A stretch of DNA of 63,970 bases, the filler included, from Caldilineae bacterium (lineage in GTDB: Bacteria; Chloroflexota; Anaerolineae; DTLA01): assembly GCA_037446815.1 (NCBI GenBank). It is 4 parts of 4 records of this genome, joined end to end, with 100 filler letters (N's around TTAATTAATTAA, not from the genome) between each part and the next. Parts side by side here need not be neighbours in the genome. Positions count along the whole stretch, not along the records: positions 1 to 17,040 come from JBBIHX010000055.1; positions 17,141 to 33,732 come from JBBIHX010000056.1; 2 more parts are not named here. The stretch is one strand, 5' to 3'. Positions within the stretch are counted from its first letter, which is position 1, and the number at the start of each line of letters is the position of its first letter. A program made the position numbers and the translations under genes. Under the pieces are notes generated by a model. The model was not told the DNA's origin. It searched no databases and saw only the letters and a list, made by a program, of their open reading frames with translations. Shown piece after piece: positions 10,027-19,891 of this stretch.

Positions 10027-11313
10027 ATGCCGATGAGAAGGTTGCGATTCTCCGCATGCCTGGACTTGTGGATTGTGCTGGTGCTGGTGTTTGCTGCTGT
10101 CCCTGGGCTGGCCGGCGGGGCCATCTCCCCGGTCCACGCCGCGGCGCAGGACACCGAGACGCCGACGCCCACCGAGACGGCCACCGAAACCCCTACGGAG
10201 ACGCCTACGGCCACGGAGACGGCCTCTCCCGAACCCACGGCCACGGCGACGCCGACCAACACCGTCGCGCCGACTGCCACGGCCACGGCCGCGCCCACAT
10301 CCACGCCCACGCGAACGCCAACGGCCACGAACACCGGCGCACCTTCTGCGACGCCAACCCGCACGCGAACGCCGATACCGTCGGCCACGGCGACACCCCT
10401 GCGCCTTCCCGACTACGTCATCACGGGCATCCGAACGGATCCCGCGATCCCGTATCTGAACGAGCCGTGCACCGTCATCGTCAACATCACCAACAAGGGC
10501 ACCGCCCCATCGTACGGCATCACCTGGGTGGCGCTGTACAAGAACTCGGAGACCACCCCCTACCAGCAGATGCCCGTGTACCCCATCGCGGTCAACGCCA
10601 CGCAAATCGTGTCGTTCACTCTGACCTTCGCGTCGCCCGATCAGGCAGGCTATCATTACCTCTTTGTGAAGGCCGATGCCACCAACGCCCTGGCGGAGTC
10701 CAACGAGGACAACAACCGCGACTTTATCTACGTGCGCGTCCTGCCGCCGCCGACATCCACGCCCACGCCGACCATCACGTTCACGCCATCGCGAACGCCC
10801 ACGCCCACCGACACGGCCACGGTAACGCCGTCGCGCACGGCCACGCCCACCCGCACGCCTACGGCAACCCCCACCATGCCGCCGACGCCGACACGGGAGG
10901 TCTTGCCGTCGCCCACGTTCCCGTTTGAGATGCCAACCGACACGCCGACAGCCACCCCCACTGTCGCGGGGATCGTTACGGAGACGCCCACACGGACTCC
11001 CCTGCGCCCGCAGGGTTCGCCGACGAAGGTTTCTGCTACGCCATCCCCGACCCCGCCCGCCGGCGAATCCGAGACGCCCTGGGGCGTTATCTCCGTAGTC
11101 GTAGGCGTCTTCCTGGGGCTGCTGCTGGTCGGGGGCGGGATTCTGCTCCTGGCCCCGCGCCTGCAGGCGAAGGATGATTCCGGCGCGCCAGGCGGCCCCG
11201 GCAATCCGGGCGGGCCTGTTGCGGGCATTGGCCAGCGCATGGCCGAATGGCTGGACCGACTGGGGCGGCGCAAAGGCGGGCCGGGCGGCCCCGATAGCGC
11301 GAACCCCGCCTGA
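10027..11313 (+). CDS. Secreted membrane-anchored T/P-rich protein with CARDB-like Ig domain
   Basis: Signal peptide; PT repeats either side of PDYVIT...ITNKGT...ADATNALAESNEDNN; C-terminal TM helix. Confidence 0.75.
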   Translation: MPMRRLRFSACLDLWIVLVLVFAAVPGLAGGAISPVHAAAQDTETPTPTETATETPTETPTATETASPEPTATATPTNTVAPTATATAAPTSTPTRTPTATNTGAPSATPTRTRTPIPSATATPLRLPDYVITGIRTDPAIPYLNEPCTVIVNITNKGTAPSYGITWVALYKNSETTPYQQMPVYPIAVNATQIVSFTLTFASPDQAGYHYLFVKADATNALAESNEDNNRDFIYVRVLPPPTSTPTPTITFTPSRTPTPTDTATVTPSRTATPTRTPTATPTMPPTPTREVLPSPTFPFEMPTDTPTATPTVAGIVTETPTRTPLRPQGSPTKVSATPSPTPPAGESETPWGVISVVVGVFLGLLLVGGGILLLAPRLQAKDDSGAPGGPGNPGGPVAGIGQRMAEWLDRLGRRKGGPGGPDSANPA

Positions 11314-11331
11314 CGGTAGCCGCAAGGACCC

Positions 11332-12906
11332 ATGAAACCGAACCCTGCACGCCGACCCTTGACCGCACGAACCCTTGCCGCCGCGGCCTGCGCGCTCGTC
11401 GTCGTGGCCCTGGCCTTGCTCTCCGCCTGCGCCGGGCCCAGCGCCACGACCGTTACCATCGTCGCCGATGGCGACGAGCGCGCCTTCAGCACGACCGCCG
11501 CGACCGTGAACCAGGCGCTGAAAGAGGCCGGCATCGCGCTTGGCCCGCTGGACCGCGTGTCGCCGCCGTCGTGGACATCCCTCACGCCCGGCCTCCGCAT
11601 CGTCGTGGTGCGCGTCGCCGAGGAGATGATTACCCAGACGCAGCCCATCCCCTATTCGCGCAAGATCATCCATGACGAGGCCCTGCCCGCGGGCGAACAT
11701 CGCCTGATTCAGGCGGGCAAGGAGGGCGTGGAAGAACTGACCTACCGCATCGTGCGCGAAGATGGGGTAGAAGTGAGCCGCAACCTCATCAAGCGCGCCA
11801 CGGCTGTCGCGCCGGTGGACGAGATTCTCGTGATCGGTTCCAAGGGCTCGCTGCCGCCGGTGGCGTTCCCGGGCACCATCGCGTACATCTCCAGTCGCAA
11901 CGCCTGGGCCATGCGCGAGAACAGCGAGGGGCGCAGACCCCTGACATCCGAGGGCGACCTGGACCGCCAGGTGTTCAGCCTGTCGCGGGACGGGCGATTG
12001 CTCCTGTTCTCGCGGGAGAACCCGAAGGCCGACGATCCCGTGTTCAACTCCCTATGGGTCATCACCACAACCGTGCGGGGCGAGGCTCCTGTGCCCCTGG
12101 GGATTGAAAACGTCCTGTGGGCCGAATGGTCGCCCGCCGGAGACGCCATCGCATTCTCAACGGGCGAGCGCGCCGCCGGCATCCCGGGATGGAAGGCCCG
12201 CAACGACCTGTGGATTGCCCGATCGCCGACGTTCACGCCGACGGAAGTCCTGTCACCCACGGCCAACATCTACTACCCCTGGTGGGGGACGACGTACACC
12301 TGGGCGCCCGACGGCACCAAACTGGCCTACGCCAACGCCGGCGAGGTGGGGGTGGTGGACGTGGAAGCCGGCACCCGCAGGCGGCTCGTCCAGTTCGCGC
12401 CTTTTGACACCGGGAGCACATGGGTGTGGGTGCCCGGGGTCTCGTGGTCGCCCGATAGCCGCTTCCTCGTTACGGTCGTGCACGGGTACACCGGTATCGG
12501 CATCCCCGAAGAGAGCCCGCTGTTTGACCTGTGGATTCTGTCGGCGGACGGCGCCATGGTGTTGCCCGTGGCGCGCGATGTGGGCATGTGGGCCAATCCG
12601 GTGTGGTCGCCGGCGGCCGAGGGGCCGCTGAACGGCATCCTGTTTGGCGTGGCGGAGAACCCCGCGCACTCGCAATTGTCGCTGTACGAACTGCATGTGA
12701 TGGACCGCGATGGCAGCAACCGTCGCAAGGTCTTCCCGCCTGCGGGCGAGCGCGGCGTGGACACGGTGGAGATGGCCTGGGCGCCCGACGGCACGGCCGC
12801 CGCCTTGGTGTTCCAAGGCGACCTCTACCTGCTGGACCCCCAATCGGGCCAAGCGCAGCAACTGACCGCGGACGGAAACAGCAGCCACGTGCGCTGGGCA
12901 AGGTAG
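11332..12906 (+). CDS. Lipoprotein with ubiquitin-like (DUF348) and G5 domains plus TolB-like beta-propeller
   Basis: Lipobox LSAC; TVNQALKEAGI..D.V.P; QAGKEG...PVDEILVIG; repeated WSP/WAPDG. Confidence 0.8.
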   Translation: MKPNPARRPLTARTLAAAACALVVVALALLSACAGPSATTVTIVADGDERAFSTTAATVNQALKEAGIALGPLDRVSPPSWTSLTPGLRIVVVRVAEEMITQTQPIPYSRKIIHDEALPAGEHRLIQAGKEGVEELTYRIVREDGVEVSRNLIKRATAVAPVDEILVIGSKGSLPPVAFPGTIAYISSRNAWAMRENSEGRRPLTSEGDLDRQVFSLSRDGRLLLFSRENPKADDPVFNSLWVITTTVRGEAPVPLGIENVLWAEWSPAGDAIAFSTGERAAGIPGWKARNDLWIARSPTFTPTEVLSPTANIYYPWWGTTYTWAPDGTKLAYANAGEVGVVDVEAGTRRRLVQFAPFDTGSTWVWVPGVSWSPDSRFLVTVVHGYTGIGIPEESPLFDLWILSADGAMVLPVARDVGMWANPVWSPAAEGPLNGILFGVAENPAHSQLSLYELHVMDRDGSNRRKVFPPAGERGVDTVEMAWAPDGTAAALVFQGDLYLLDPQSGQAQQLTADGNSSHVRWAR

Positions 12907-12916
12907 GACATCCACC

Positions 12917-15900
12917 ATGAGAGGCATATCGCGCACCGAGCGACTTGTCGGCGTCATCGCGCTGGGAGCCATCGCCCTGCTCGCGGTCATCCTGGCCGTT
13001 ACGATGCCCCCGCGCGAAGGGGAGCCGGCCTGCTTGCCAAACCGCCACGCCATCCCATCGGGCGTCGGCGTCAACGTCCAATTGCAAGGTCTCTCCGCCG
13101 AGGCCATGGGCCGACAGTTGGACCAGGTCAAGGCGGCGGGCTTCGCGTGGATTCGCCAGCGGGTGTCGTGGGCGCGCACTGAACCCGCGCCTGGGCAATT
13201 GAACTGGGCCGAGTGGGACGCCATCGTGGACGCGGCGGCCGGCAGGGGCTTGGCAATCGTCCTCGTCCTGGAGGAAGCGCCCGCGTGGGCCAAGGCTCCG
13301 AAGGATGTGCCCGTCCCGGGCGCGCCGCCCCGCGACCCGGAGACGTTCGCGCGATTCGCGGAGCGCGTCGCGGCCCGCTATCGGGGCAAGGGTGCCGCCT
13401 ACCAGGTCTGGGACGAGCCGAATCTCGGCGCGCACTGGGGCAGCGACGGCGTGAACCCCGCGGCCTACGCGGCGTTGCTCAGCGCGGCGCACCGCGGCAT
13501 CCGTCGCGGCGACGCCGACGCCGTGGTGCTGGCGGCCGGACTGGCCCCCACCACCGAGCGCAGCCCGGCCAACCTCAACGACCTGGATTTCCTCCGCGGC
13601 ATGTATGTGGCGGGCGCTGCGCCGTTCTTTGACGCCCTGGCTTACAAGCCCTACGGCTTCTGGAGCGACCCCGACGCCCCCGCAGACCCGCGCGTTACCA
13701 ATTTCGCCCGCGCGGAGCTCGCCTACGGCATCATGTGCGAACACGGCGACGGCGACAAGGGCATCTGGGCCGTGGAGTTCGGCTGGAATGCCCTCCCCGA
13801 GGGCTGGACAGGGCGTCCCTCGCCCTGGGGCACGGACCTGGCCTACCGCCAAGAGGCGCGTTCGCTGCTGGCCGTGCGGCAGGCGCGGGGCCGATGGCCG
13901 TGGATGGGACCGATGATGTGGGCCGCGTTCCGCCCGCAGGCCGCCGACGATGACCCCGTCTGGGGATTCGCCCTCGCATCCGCCGACGGCGAAGCGCGAC
14001 CCTTTGCGCAGGAACTGGGCGCCCTGTCGGATCTCCACTACACCGGCCCCGGCCGCTACGATGCCACCCCACCCGCGGCGACGTGGGCAGGCGACTGGCG
14101 ATTCTCCCCCCTGGGCGCCGACATCGGCAAGACGGGCGACGCTGTGGAGATTCCCTTCACCGGCACGCGGATTGACCTGCACGTGCGGCCTGGCGACTAC
14201 TGGGCCGTTCTGTACGCCACGGTGGACGGTGCACCTGCCAACGCCCTGCCCATCACGGCGGATGGCAGGACGTATGTTGTGTTGTACGACCCGGCGAACA
14301 AGCCCGCCACTGTTACCGTCGCGCGCCACCTGCCCGACGGCCCTCACGTCCTGCGCTTGGAAGCCGAAGGCGGCTGGGGACAGTGGGCCATCGCCGGGTG
14401 GTCGGTCCTGCGCGAGGAGCACAAACGGCTGCCCATCCTGCTGCTGGCCATACCGGCGGCGGTGCTCGCGTTTGTGCTGTTCGGGAGCGCGTTGTGGTGG
14501 GCCCGCGTCGTGTACCGATGGGTGGAGCGGGCCAGGTGGCTCCACGGCAAGGAGTTTGCGGTGGGCATGGCCGTGGGCGTGGCGCTGTTCCTGCTCCCTC
14601 GCCCGGCCTGGCTGCCCTTCGTGGGCATGGCCGTGCTCATCGTCTGCGGCATTGTGCGCCGCGACATCGCGCTCGGCACCGTGGCCGCATCCCTGCCGTT
14701 CTACCAGGTCTACGGCACGGTGCTGGGGCGGCACGCCTCCCTGACGCTGGTGCTGCTGGCAACCGCCGTCATCGCTGCCATCTGCGACGGCTACCTGGTG
14801 TGGGTGGTGGAGGGATCGCTGGGGCGGCGCGTGTACGGCCTGCGGTACACCTGGAAGCGGGTGCAGGATCGGTTCGCCGGCTGGTGGCGCAATCTGGACG
14901 CCATGGATTTCGCCGTTGTGGCGCTGGTCGTGGCGGGCGGGCTATCGGTCTCCACAGCGCAACGCGCCGACGTTGCCCTGCGCGAATGGATTCAGGTCAT
15001 CCTGGCCGCCGCCGCGTTCTATTCCCTCATCCACGCGCAGAAGGGGAGCCGGCCCGCGTGGATTCTGGTGGACTGGCTCACGGCGGGTGCGGTCGCCGTC
15101 TCGCTGCTGGCCATCGCGCAGTTCATCACCGGCAGCAACCTCATCACCGCCGAGGGCGTCCAACGCGTGCGCGGGCTGTACGGGTCGCCCAACAACCTGG
15201 CGCTGTTCCTCGTGCGCACGCTGCCTGTGGCACTGTGCTTGGCGGCCTTCGGGCGCAGGCGGCGCATTGGCTACGGCCTGGCCGCCGTGCCACAACTCGC
15301 GGCGCTGTTCCTCACCTTTTCGCGAGGCGCGCTCCTGGTGGGCCTGCCGGCGGCCCTCGTCTTCGTCGGCATCGTGAAGCGGGGGCGGACGCTGTGGGCC
15401 ATGCTGGCAAGCGCCGTGGCCGTGATGGCAAGCCTGATTCCCCTGGCGGGGACAGAGCGGGTGGCATCGCTCCTCCGAACCGGCGAGGGGACCGCATTTC
15501 TGCGGGTGAACCTGTGGCGGTCGGCCTGGAACATGATTCGCGAGTACCCGTGGCGCGGCGTGGGGCTGGATAATTTCCTGTACGCCTATCGCTCGCGGTT
15601 CATCCTGCCCGCCGCGTGGGAGGAGCGCAACCTGTCGCACCCGCACAACTTCATTCTGGACTGGTGGACGCGCCTGGGAATCCCCGGTCTTGCGGTGCTG
15701 GGCTGGCTGCTGGGCGCCTTCTTTGCCACCACCGCGCGCGTGTACCGCACCCGCACCGACCGCACCACGCGCGCGCTGATGCTTGGGCTGGCTGCCAGCA
15801 TGGTGGCTGCGCTGGCGCATGGCGTGGTGGACAACATGTTTTTCCTGACCGACCTGGCCCTGGTGTTCGCCCTGACGCTGGGCGTTGTGGGGCTGGTGCG

Positions 15901-15919
15901 GCGCGAAAAGAGCGCGTAG
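12917..15919 (+). CDS. Clan GH-A glycoside hydrolase-like domain fused to O-antigen ligase (Wzy_C) membrane domain
   Basis: WIRQ..W..EP, VWDEPN, WAVEFGW; C-terminal YGSPNNLA, TFSRGA, PWRGVGLDNF, HPHNFILD. Confidence 0.8.
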   Translation: MRGISRTERLVGVIALGAIALLAVILAVTMPPREGEPACLPNRHAIPSGVGVNVQLQGLSAEAMGRQLDQVKAAGFAWIRQRVSWARTEPAPGQLNWAEWDAIVDAAAGRGLAIVLVLEEAPAWAKAPKDVPVPGAPPRDPETFARFAERVAARYRGKGAAYQVWDEPNLGAHWGSDGVNPAAYAALLSAAHRGIRRGDADAVVLAAGLAPTTERSPANLNDLDFLRGMYVAGAAPFFDALAYKPYGFWSDPDAPADPRVTNFARAELAYGIMCEHGDGDKGIWAVEFGWNALPEGWTGRPSPWGTDLAYRQEARSLLAVRQARGRWPWMGPMMWAAFRPQAADDDPVWGFALASADGEARPFAQELGALSDLHYTGPGRYDATPPAATWAGDWRFSPLGADIGKTGDAVEIPFTGTRIDLHVRPGDYWAVLYATVDGAPANALPITADGRTYVVLYDPANKPATVTVARHLPDGPHVLRLEAEGGWGQWAIAGWSVLREEHKRLPILLLAIPAAVLAFVLFGSALWWARVVYRWVERARWLHGKEFAVGMAVGVALFLLPRPAWLPFVGMAVLIVCGIVRRDIALGTVAASLPFYQVYGTVLGRHASLTLVLLATAVIAAICDGYLVWVVEGSLGRRVYGLRYTWKRVQDRFAGWWRNLDAMDFAVVALVVAGGLSVSTAQRADVALREWIQVILAAAAFYSLIHAQKGSRPAWILVDWLTAGAVAVSLLAIAQFITGSNLITAEGVQRVRGLYGSPNNLALFLVRTLPVALCLAAFGRRRRIGYGLAAVPQLAALFLTFSRGALLVGLPAALVFVGIVKRGRTLWAMLASAVAVMASLIPLAGTERVASLLRTGEGTAFLRVNLWRSAWNMIREYPWRGVGLDNFLYAYRSRFILPAAWEERNLSHPHNFILDWWTRLGIPGLAVLGWLLGAFFATTARVYRTRTDRTTRALMLGLAASMVAALAHGVVDNMFFLTDLALVFALTLGVVGLVRREKSA

Positions 15920-15949
15920 GACACCCGCAACCAGGCGCGCCGCCGCATG

Positions 15950-16119
15950 GATTCGGTTCAGAGTCTGTTGGCGCCCATCGTCATTCCGAGGCGCGAACCG
16001 CCGAAGAATCTCGCCCCTCACCCAAGCCCTCTCCCAAAGGGCGAGGGCGTTTCGCCTTCGGCTCGGCCTGGCAGAGAGAGGCAGGGCATGGGCCGGCCAA
16101 CACGCGACGGAGCCGGGCG
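15950..16119 (+). mobile_element. Degenerate MITE variant B
   Basis: Eroded TIRs, B-type core; flanks GCCGCATG/CCCGCATT (6/8). Confidence 0.65.
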
Positions 16120-16201
16120 CCCGCATTTGACAACCCGCTGCTTCTTGGATAGCGTAGGTACGCCGCGACGACACACCGCCAACCGAGCGGGGAGGTAAGC
16201 G

Positions 16202-16876
16202 ATGGAAGGACCGCACGACTGGGCAGCGCCATCCTATCGGACCCTTCAGGAACTGGTAACCGATCGCATCCGCGAGGCCATCCTTCGGGGCTGGCTAAAG
16301 CCCGGCGAGCGGCTGGACCAGGCCGAGATCGCGGACAAGTTCCAGGTCAGCCGAATGCCGGTGCGTGAGGCGCTGCGCACGCTGGAGGCCGAGGGGCTGG
16401 TGAAGTTCTACCCGCACCGCGGCGTGGAGGTGTGCGATCTCTCGCCGGAGGAGATAGAGGAAATCTACCAGATTCGCGGCGTCCTGGAGGGTATGGCGGT
16501 GCAACTGGCCGTGCCGCATTTCACCGAGGAGGCGGACCAACGGCTCTCGGCGCTGTTGCAGGAGATGGAAGAGGTCGCCGACGATCCGCCCGCCTGGGCG
16601 ACGCTGAACTATCGGTTCCACAAGGAACTGTATGCCCTGTCCGGCCGCGCCCGCCTCTGCGGCATCATTGAGAGCCTGCGCAACACGGTGCAGCCCTACG
16701 TGGCGCGGGACGTTTCTCATCCGACCCGGGCTCGCGCCGCCATGAAGGAGCACCGCGAGATTCTGGAGGCCTGCCGCGCGGGCGATGCCAATCGCGCGGC
16801 GGAACTCGTCGCGCAGCACCTGAAGCACGTGTGCGATAGCCTGGTGGCCCAACTGCGGAGCCGCAAGACCCCGTAG
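16202..16876 (+). CDS. GntR-family (FCD) transcriptional regulator
   Basis: IREAILRG.LKPGERL...VSRMPVREAL..LEAEGLV; FH and EH..IL FCD motifs. Confidence 0.92.
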   Translation: MEGPHDWAAPSYRTLQELVTDRIREAILRGWLKPGERLDQAEIADKFQVSRMPVREALRTLEAEGLVKFYPHRGVEVCDLSPEEIEEIYQIRGVLEGMAVQLAVPHFTEEADQRLSALLQEMEEVADDPPAWATLNYRFHKELYALSGRARLCGIIESLRNTVQPYVARDVSHPTRARAAMKEHREILEACRAGDANRAAELVAQHLKHVCDSLVAQLRSRKTP

Positions 16877-16934
16877 GCGGGTGGATACAACCGTGGAGGC
16901 TGCTCCGCTGCGCTCGCAAGGACAGATGGGGAGC

Positions 16935-16969
16935 AACGTGCGACGCACCTCCGAGGTGCGTCGCACGTT
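16935..16969. repeat. 35-bp palindromic REP-like repeat
   Basis: AACGTGCGACGCACCTC-C-GAGGTGCGTCGCACGTT; other copies at 371-405, 3615-3646, 28429-28463, 56570-56604. Confidence 0.85.
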
Positions 16970-17040
16970 CGCATCTCCCGCGCCATTCTGTCAAATCCGT
17001 GCAATCCGTGGATACAACCCGAATAATCTCGCGAGTCGGT

Positions 17041-17140
17041 NNNNNNNNNNNNNNNNNNNNNNNNNNNNNNNNNNNNNNNNNNNNTTAATTAATTAANNNN
17101 NNNNNNNNNNNNNNNNNNNNNNNNNNNNNNNNNNNNNNNN
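17041..17140. other. Artificial contig linker
   Basis: N44-TTAATTAATTAA-N44, stops in all six frames. Confidence 0.97.
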
Positions 17141-17210
17141 GCAGGCTCCGGGCGGACACGCAGGCTCGCCCTTGCAGCGCGGCTGGACAGCCATCACCAA
17201 CAGAGGGAGA

Positions 17211-18773
17211 ATGATGACCGAACACCAACCCATACCCGCCGTCTCCATGCGCGGGATCGTCAAACGATTCCCGGGCGTCCTCGCCAACGACCACGTGGAC
17301 TTTGAGGCGCTCCCGGGCGAAGTGCACAGCCTGCTCGGCGAAAACGGCGCGGGCAAGAGCACCCTCATGAACATCCTGAGCGGGCTGTATGTGCCCGATG
17401 AGGGCGAAATCCGCATCTTCGGCAAGCCGGTGGTTTTTCGCTCGCCGCGCGACGCCATCGCCCACGGCATCGGCATGGTGCACCAGCACTTCATGCTGGT
17501 GGAGATGCACACCGTCGCCGAGAACATGGTGCTGGGCCTCAGCAAGCCGCGCTTCTTCCTGAACCTGCGCCGCATTGAGCGCGAGGTGGCGCAACTCTCG
17601 GCGCAGTACGGGCTGCACGTGGATCCTCGCGCGCGCATCTGGCAACTGTCCGTCGGCGAGCAGCAGCGCGTGGAAATCCTCAAGATGCTGTACCGCGGCG
17701 CGCGCATCCTCATTCTGGACGAGCCGACGGCCGTCCTCACCCCCCAGGAGGTGGATGACCTGTTCGCCACCCTGCGCCGCATGACCGCCGACGGCAAGAC
17801 GGTCATCTTCATCAGCCACAAACTGGAGGAGGTGATGGCCATCTCGGATCGCATCACCGTCCTGCGGGGCGGCAAGGCCGTGGCCACCGTCCACAAGGCC
17901 GAGACCTCGCCCGCCGAACTGGCGCGCATGATGGTGGGGCGCGAGGTGCTATTCCGCCTGGAAAAGGAGGCGCGCGAGCCAGGCGAGATCGTGCTTGAGG
18001 TCTCCGGCCTGTGCGCCAACAACGACAAGGGCCTCCCCGCCCTCCGGAACGTCTCGTTCGCCATCCGAGAGGGCGAGATTCTGGGCGTGGCCGGCGTGGC
18101 GGGCAACGGCCAGCGCGAACTGGCCGAGGTTCTCACCGGCCTGCGCAAGGCCACCGCGGGCACCGTTACCGTTCTTCAGTGCGATGTAACCAACTGCTCG
18201 CCGCGCAAAATCATCGGCGAAAAGGTCGGCCACGTCCCCGAAGACCGCCTGGGCATGGGCCTCGTCCCCAATCTCTCCGTATCCGACAACGTCATCATGA
18301 AGAGTTACAAGGAGCGCCCCCTCTCCGCCGGCCCGTTCCTGAGCAGCAGCGCCGTTCGGCAATTCGCGCGGCGGCTGGTGGAGCAGTTCAAGATCGCCAC
18401 GCCCAGCGTCCAAACACCCGTGCGGCTCCTGTCGGGGGGCAACCTGCAAAAGACGCTCCTGGCGCGGGAGATATCCATCAGCCCGCGGCTCATGATCGCC
18501 ATGCACCCGACGCGCGGGCTGGACGTGGGCGCCACCGAGGCGGTGCGCCGTCTGCTCCTGGAACAGCGCAAACAGGGCGCGGCGCTCCTGCTCATCAGCG
18601 AGGACCTGGACGAGATTCTGGAACTCGCCGACCGCATCCTGGTGCTCTACGAGGGCGAGGTGCAGGGCATCGTGCCCGCCAAGGACGCGGACGTGGCCGC
18701 CATCGGCCTGATGATGGCCGGCGTCAAGCCGGGCGCGCAGCCCGCGACGGACACGGAAAGGAGGCCCGCATGA
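17211..18773 (+). CDS. ABC transporter ATP-binding protein (nucleoside/simple sugar, CUT2 type)
   Basis: GENGAGKST, MVHQHFML, LSVGEQQRVEI, LSGGNLQK, PTRGLDVGA. Confidence 0.93.
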   Translation: MMTEHQPIPAVSMRGIVKRFPGVLANDHVDFEALPGEVHSLLGENGAGKSTLMNILSGLYVPDEGEIRIFGKPVVFRSPRDAIAHGIGMVHQHFMLVEMHTVAENMVLGLSKPRFFLNLRRIEREVAQLSAQYGLHVDPRARIWQLSVGEQQRVEILKMLYRGARILILDEPTAVLTPQEVDDLFATLRRMTADGKTVIFISHKLEEVMAISDRITVLRGGKAVATVHKAETSPAELARMMVGREVLFRLEKEAREPGEIVLEVSGLCANNDKGLPALRNVSFAIREGEILGVAGVAGNGQRELAEVLTGLRKATAGTVTVLQCDVTNCSPRKIIGEKVGHVPEDRLGMGLVPNLSVSDNVIMKSYKERPLSAGPFLSSSAVRQFARRLVEQFKIATPSVQTPVRLLSGGNLQKTLLAREISISPRLMIAMHPTRGLDVGATEAVRRLLLEQRKQGAALLLISEDLDEILELADRILVLYEGEVQGIVPAKDADVAAIGLMMAGVKPGAQPATDTERRPA

Positions 18774-19891
18774 GAATCCGACTGGAACGCCGCCTCAAAC
18801 CCTCCAGGGCAGCCGGCATTCTCGTGCCCTTGATCTCGCTCATCCTGGCGTTGGCCTTCGGGGGTCTCATTCTGCTGGCCACGGGCGCCAACCCTCTCGT
18901 TACCTACAAGGCCATGGCGGTGGGTGCCTTCGGCAGCAGATACGCCATCTCCGAGACGCTGGTCAAGGCCATTCCTCTCATCTTGTGCGGGCTGGGCGTC
19001 GCCGTCGCGTTCCGCATGCGATTCTGGAACATCGGCGCGGAGGGACAACTGGCCATGGGCGGGTTCGCCGCCGCCTGGGTTGCCCTGTTCCTGCCCGGCC
19101 TCCTGCCCGACCTGCCGCCGAAATGGCTCCTGCCGCTCATGATTGTGGCCGGAATGCTGGCCGGGGCGGTGTGGGGACTCATCCCGGCGCTGCTTCGGGC
19201 CTTCGTCGGCGTCAACGAGGTCATCACGACGCTGATGATGAACTACATCGCCATCCTGTGGATTGAGTACCTGTTCTATGGCCCGTGGCGCGACCCCAAA
19301 GGGTACGGGTTTCCGGGCACCGCGCCCTTCCCGCAGGAGGCGTGGCTCCCTCGCTATCCGGGAACGCGCGTCCATCTGGGACTGGTGTTCGCCATCGTCG
19401 CGGCCATCGTTCTGTGGTTGGTGCTCACGCGCACCAAGTGGGGCTACGAGGTGCGGGTCATCGGCGAGAACCCGCGTGCCGCTCGCTACGCCGGCATCAG
19501 CCTGTGGCGCAACTTCCTGCTGGTGATGCTCGTGAGCGGCGCGCTGGCGGGGCTGGCCGGCGTGGGCGAGGTGGCCGGAATCTCCCATCGGCTCCAGAAG
19601 GGGCTGACCGTCGGCTACGGCTACACCGCCATCATCGTGGCGTGGATGGGGCAACTGAACCCGTGGGGCGTGGTGCTGGTGGGCATATTGCTGGCGGGCC
19701 TGCTGGTAGGCGGCGACCAGATTCAGATCACCATGCGGCTGCCCGCGGCGGTGGCCCTGGTGCTCCAGGGGGCCATCCTGTTCTTCATGTTGGGCGGCGT
19801 CCTGTTCAACCAGTACCGCCTGCGGGTGGACGTGGGCCTGCGCAGGCGCCCCGTCCGACCGACTTTGCCCGCGGAGGGAGGCGAATCATGA
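18770..19891 (+). CDS. ABC transporter permease
   Basis: WNIGAEGQL, NEVITTLMMNY, GYEVRVIGENPRAARYAG. Confidence 0.92.
   Translation: MRIRLERRLKPSRAAGILVPLISLILALAFGGLILLATGANPLVTYKAMAVGAFGSRYAISETLVKAIPLILCGLGVAVAFRMRFWNIGAEGQLAMGGFAAAWVALFLPGLLPDLPPKWLLPLMIVAGMLAGAVWGLIPALLRAFVGVNEVITTLMMNYIAILWIEYLFYGPWRDPKGYGFPGTAPFPQEAWLPRYPGTRVHLGLVFAIVAAIVLWLVLTRTKWGYEVRVIGENPRAARYAGISLWRNFLLVMLVSGALAGLAGVGEVAGISHRLQKGLTVGYGYTAIIVAWMGQLNPWGVVLVGILLAGLLVGGDQIQITMRLPAAVALVLQGAILFFMLGGVLFNQYRLRVDVGLRRRPVRPTLPAEGGES

Noticed and set aside
10150..11060. ACGCCG/ACGCCC-rich tracts as VNTR or phase-variation repeats
   Set aside because: Degenerate codons for Thr/Pro linkers, not perfect tandem units
12470..14734. 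Very long antisense ORFs (also 9868-11700, 5349-6908, 22810-24441, 62421-63863)
   Set aside because: Shadow ORFs typical of high-GC coding DNA opposite well-supported genes
17085..17096. TTAATTAATTAA palindrome inside N runs (also ~33777 and ~49029)
   Set aside because: Artificial contig linker; cross-gap gene adjacency (e.g. GntR next to the ABC transporter) cannot be trusted
17141..17210. Missing substrate-binding protein for the ABC transporter
   Set aside because: The operon begins at a contig edge, so the gene probably lies beyond the gap
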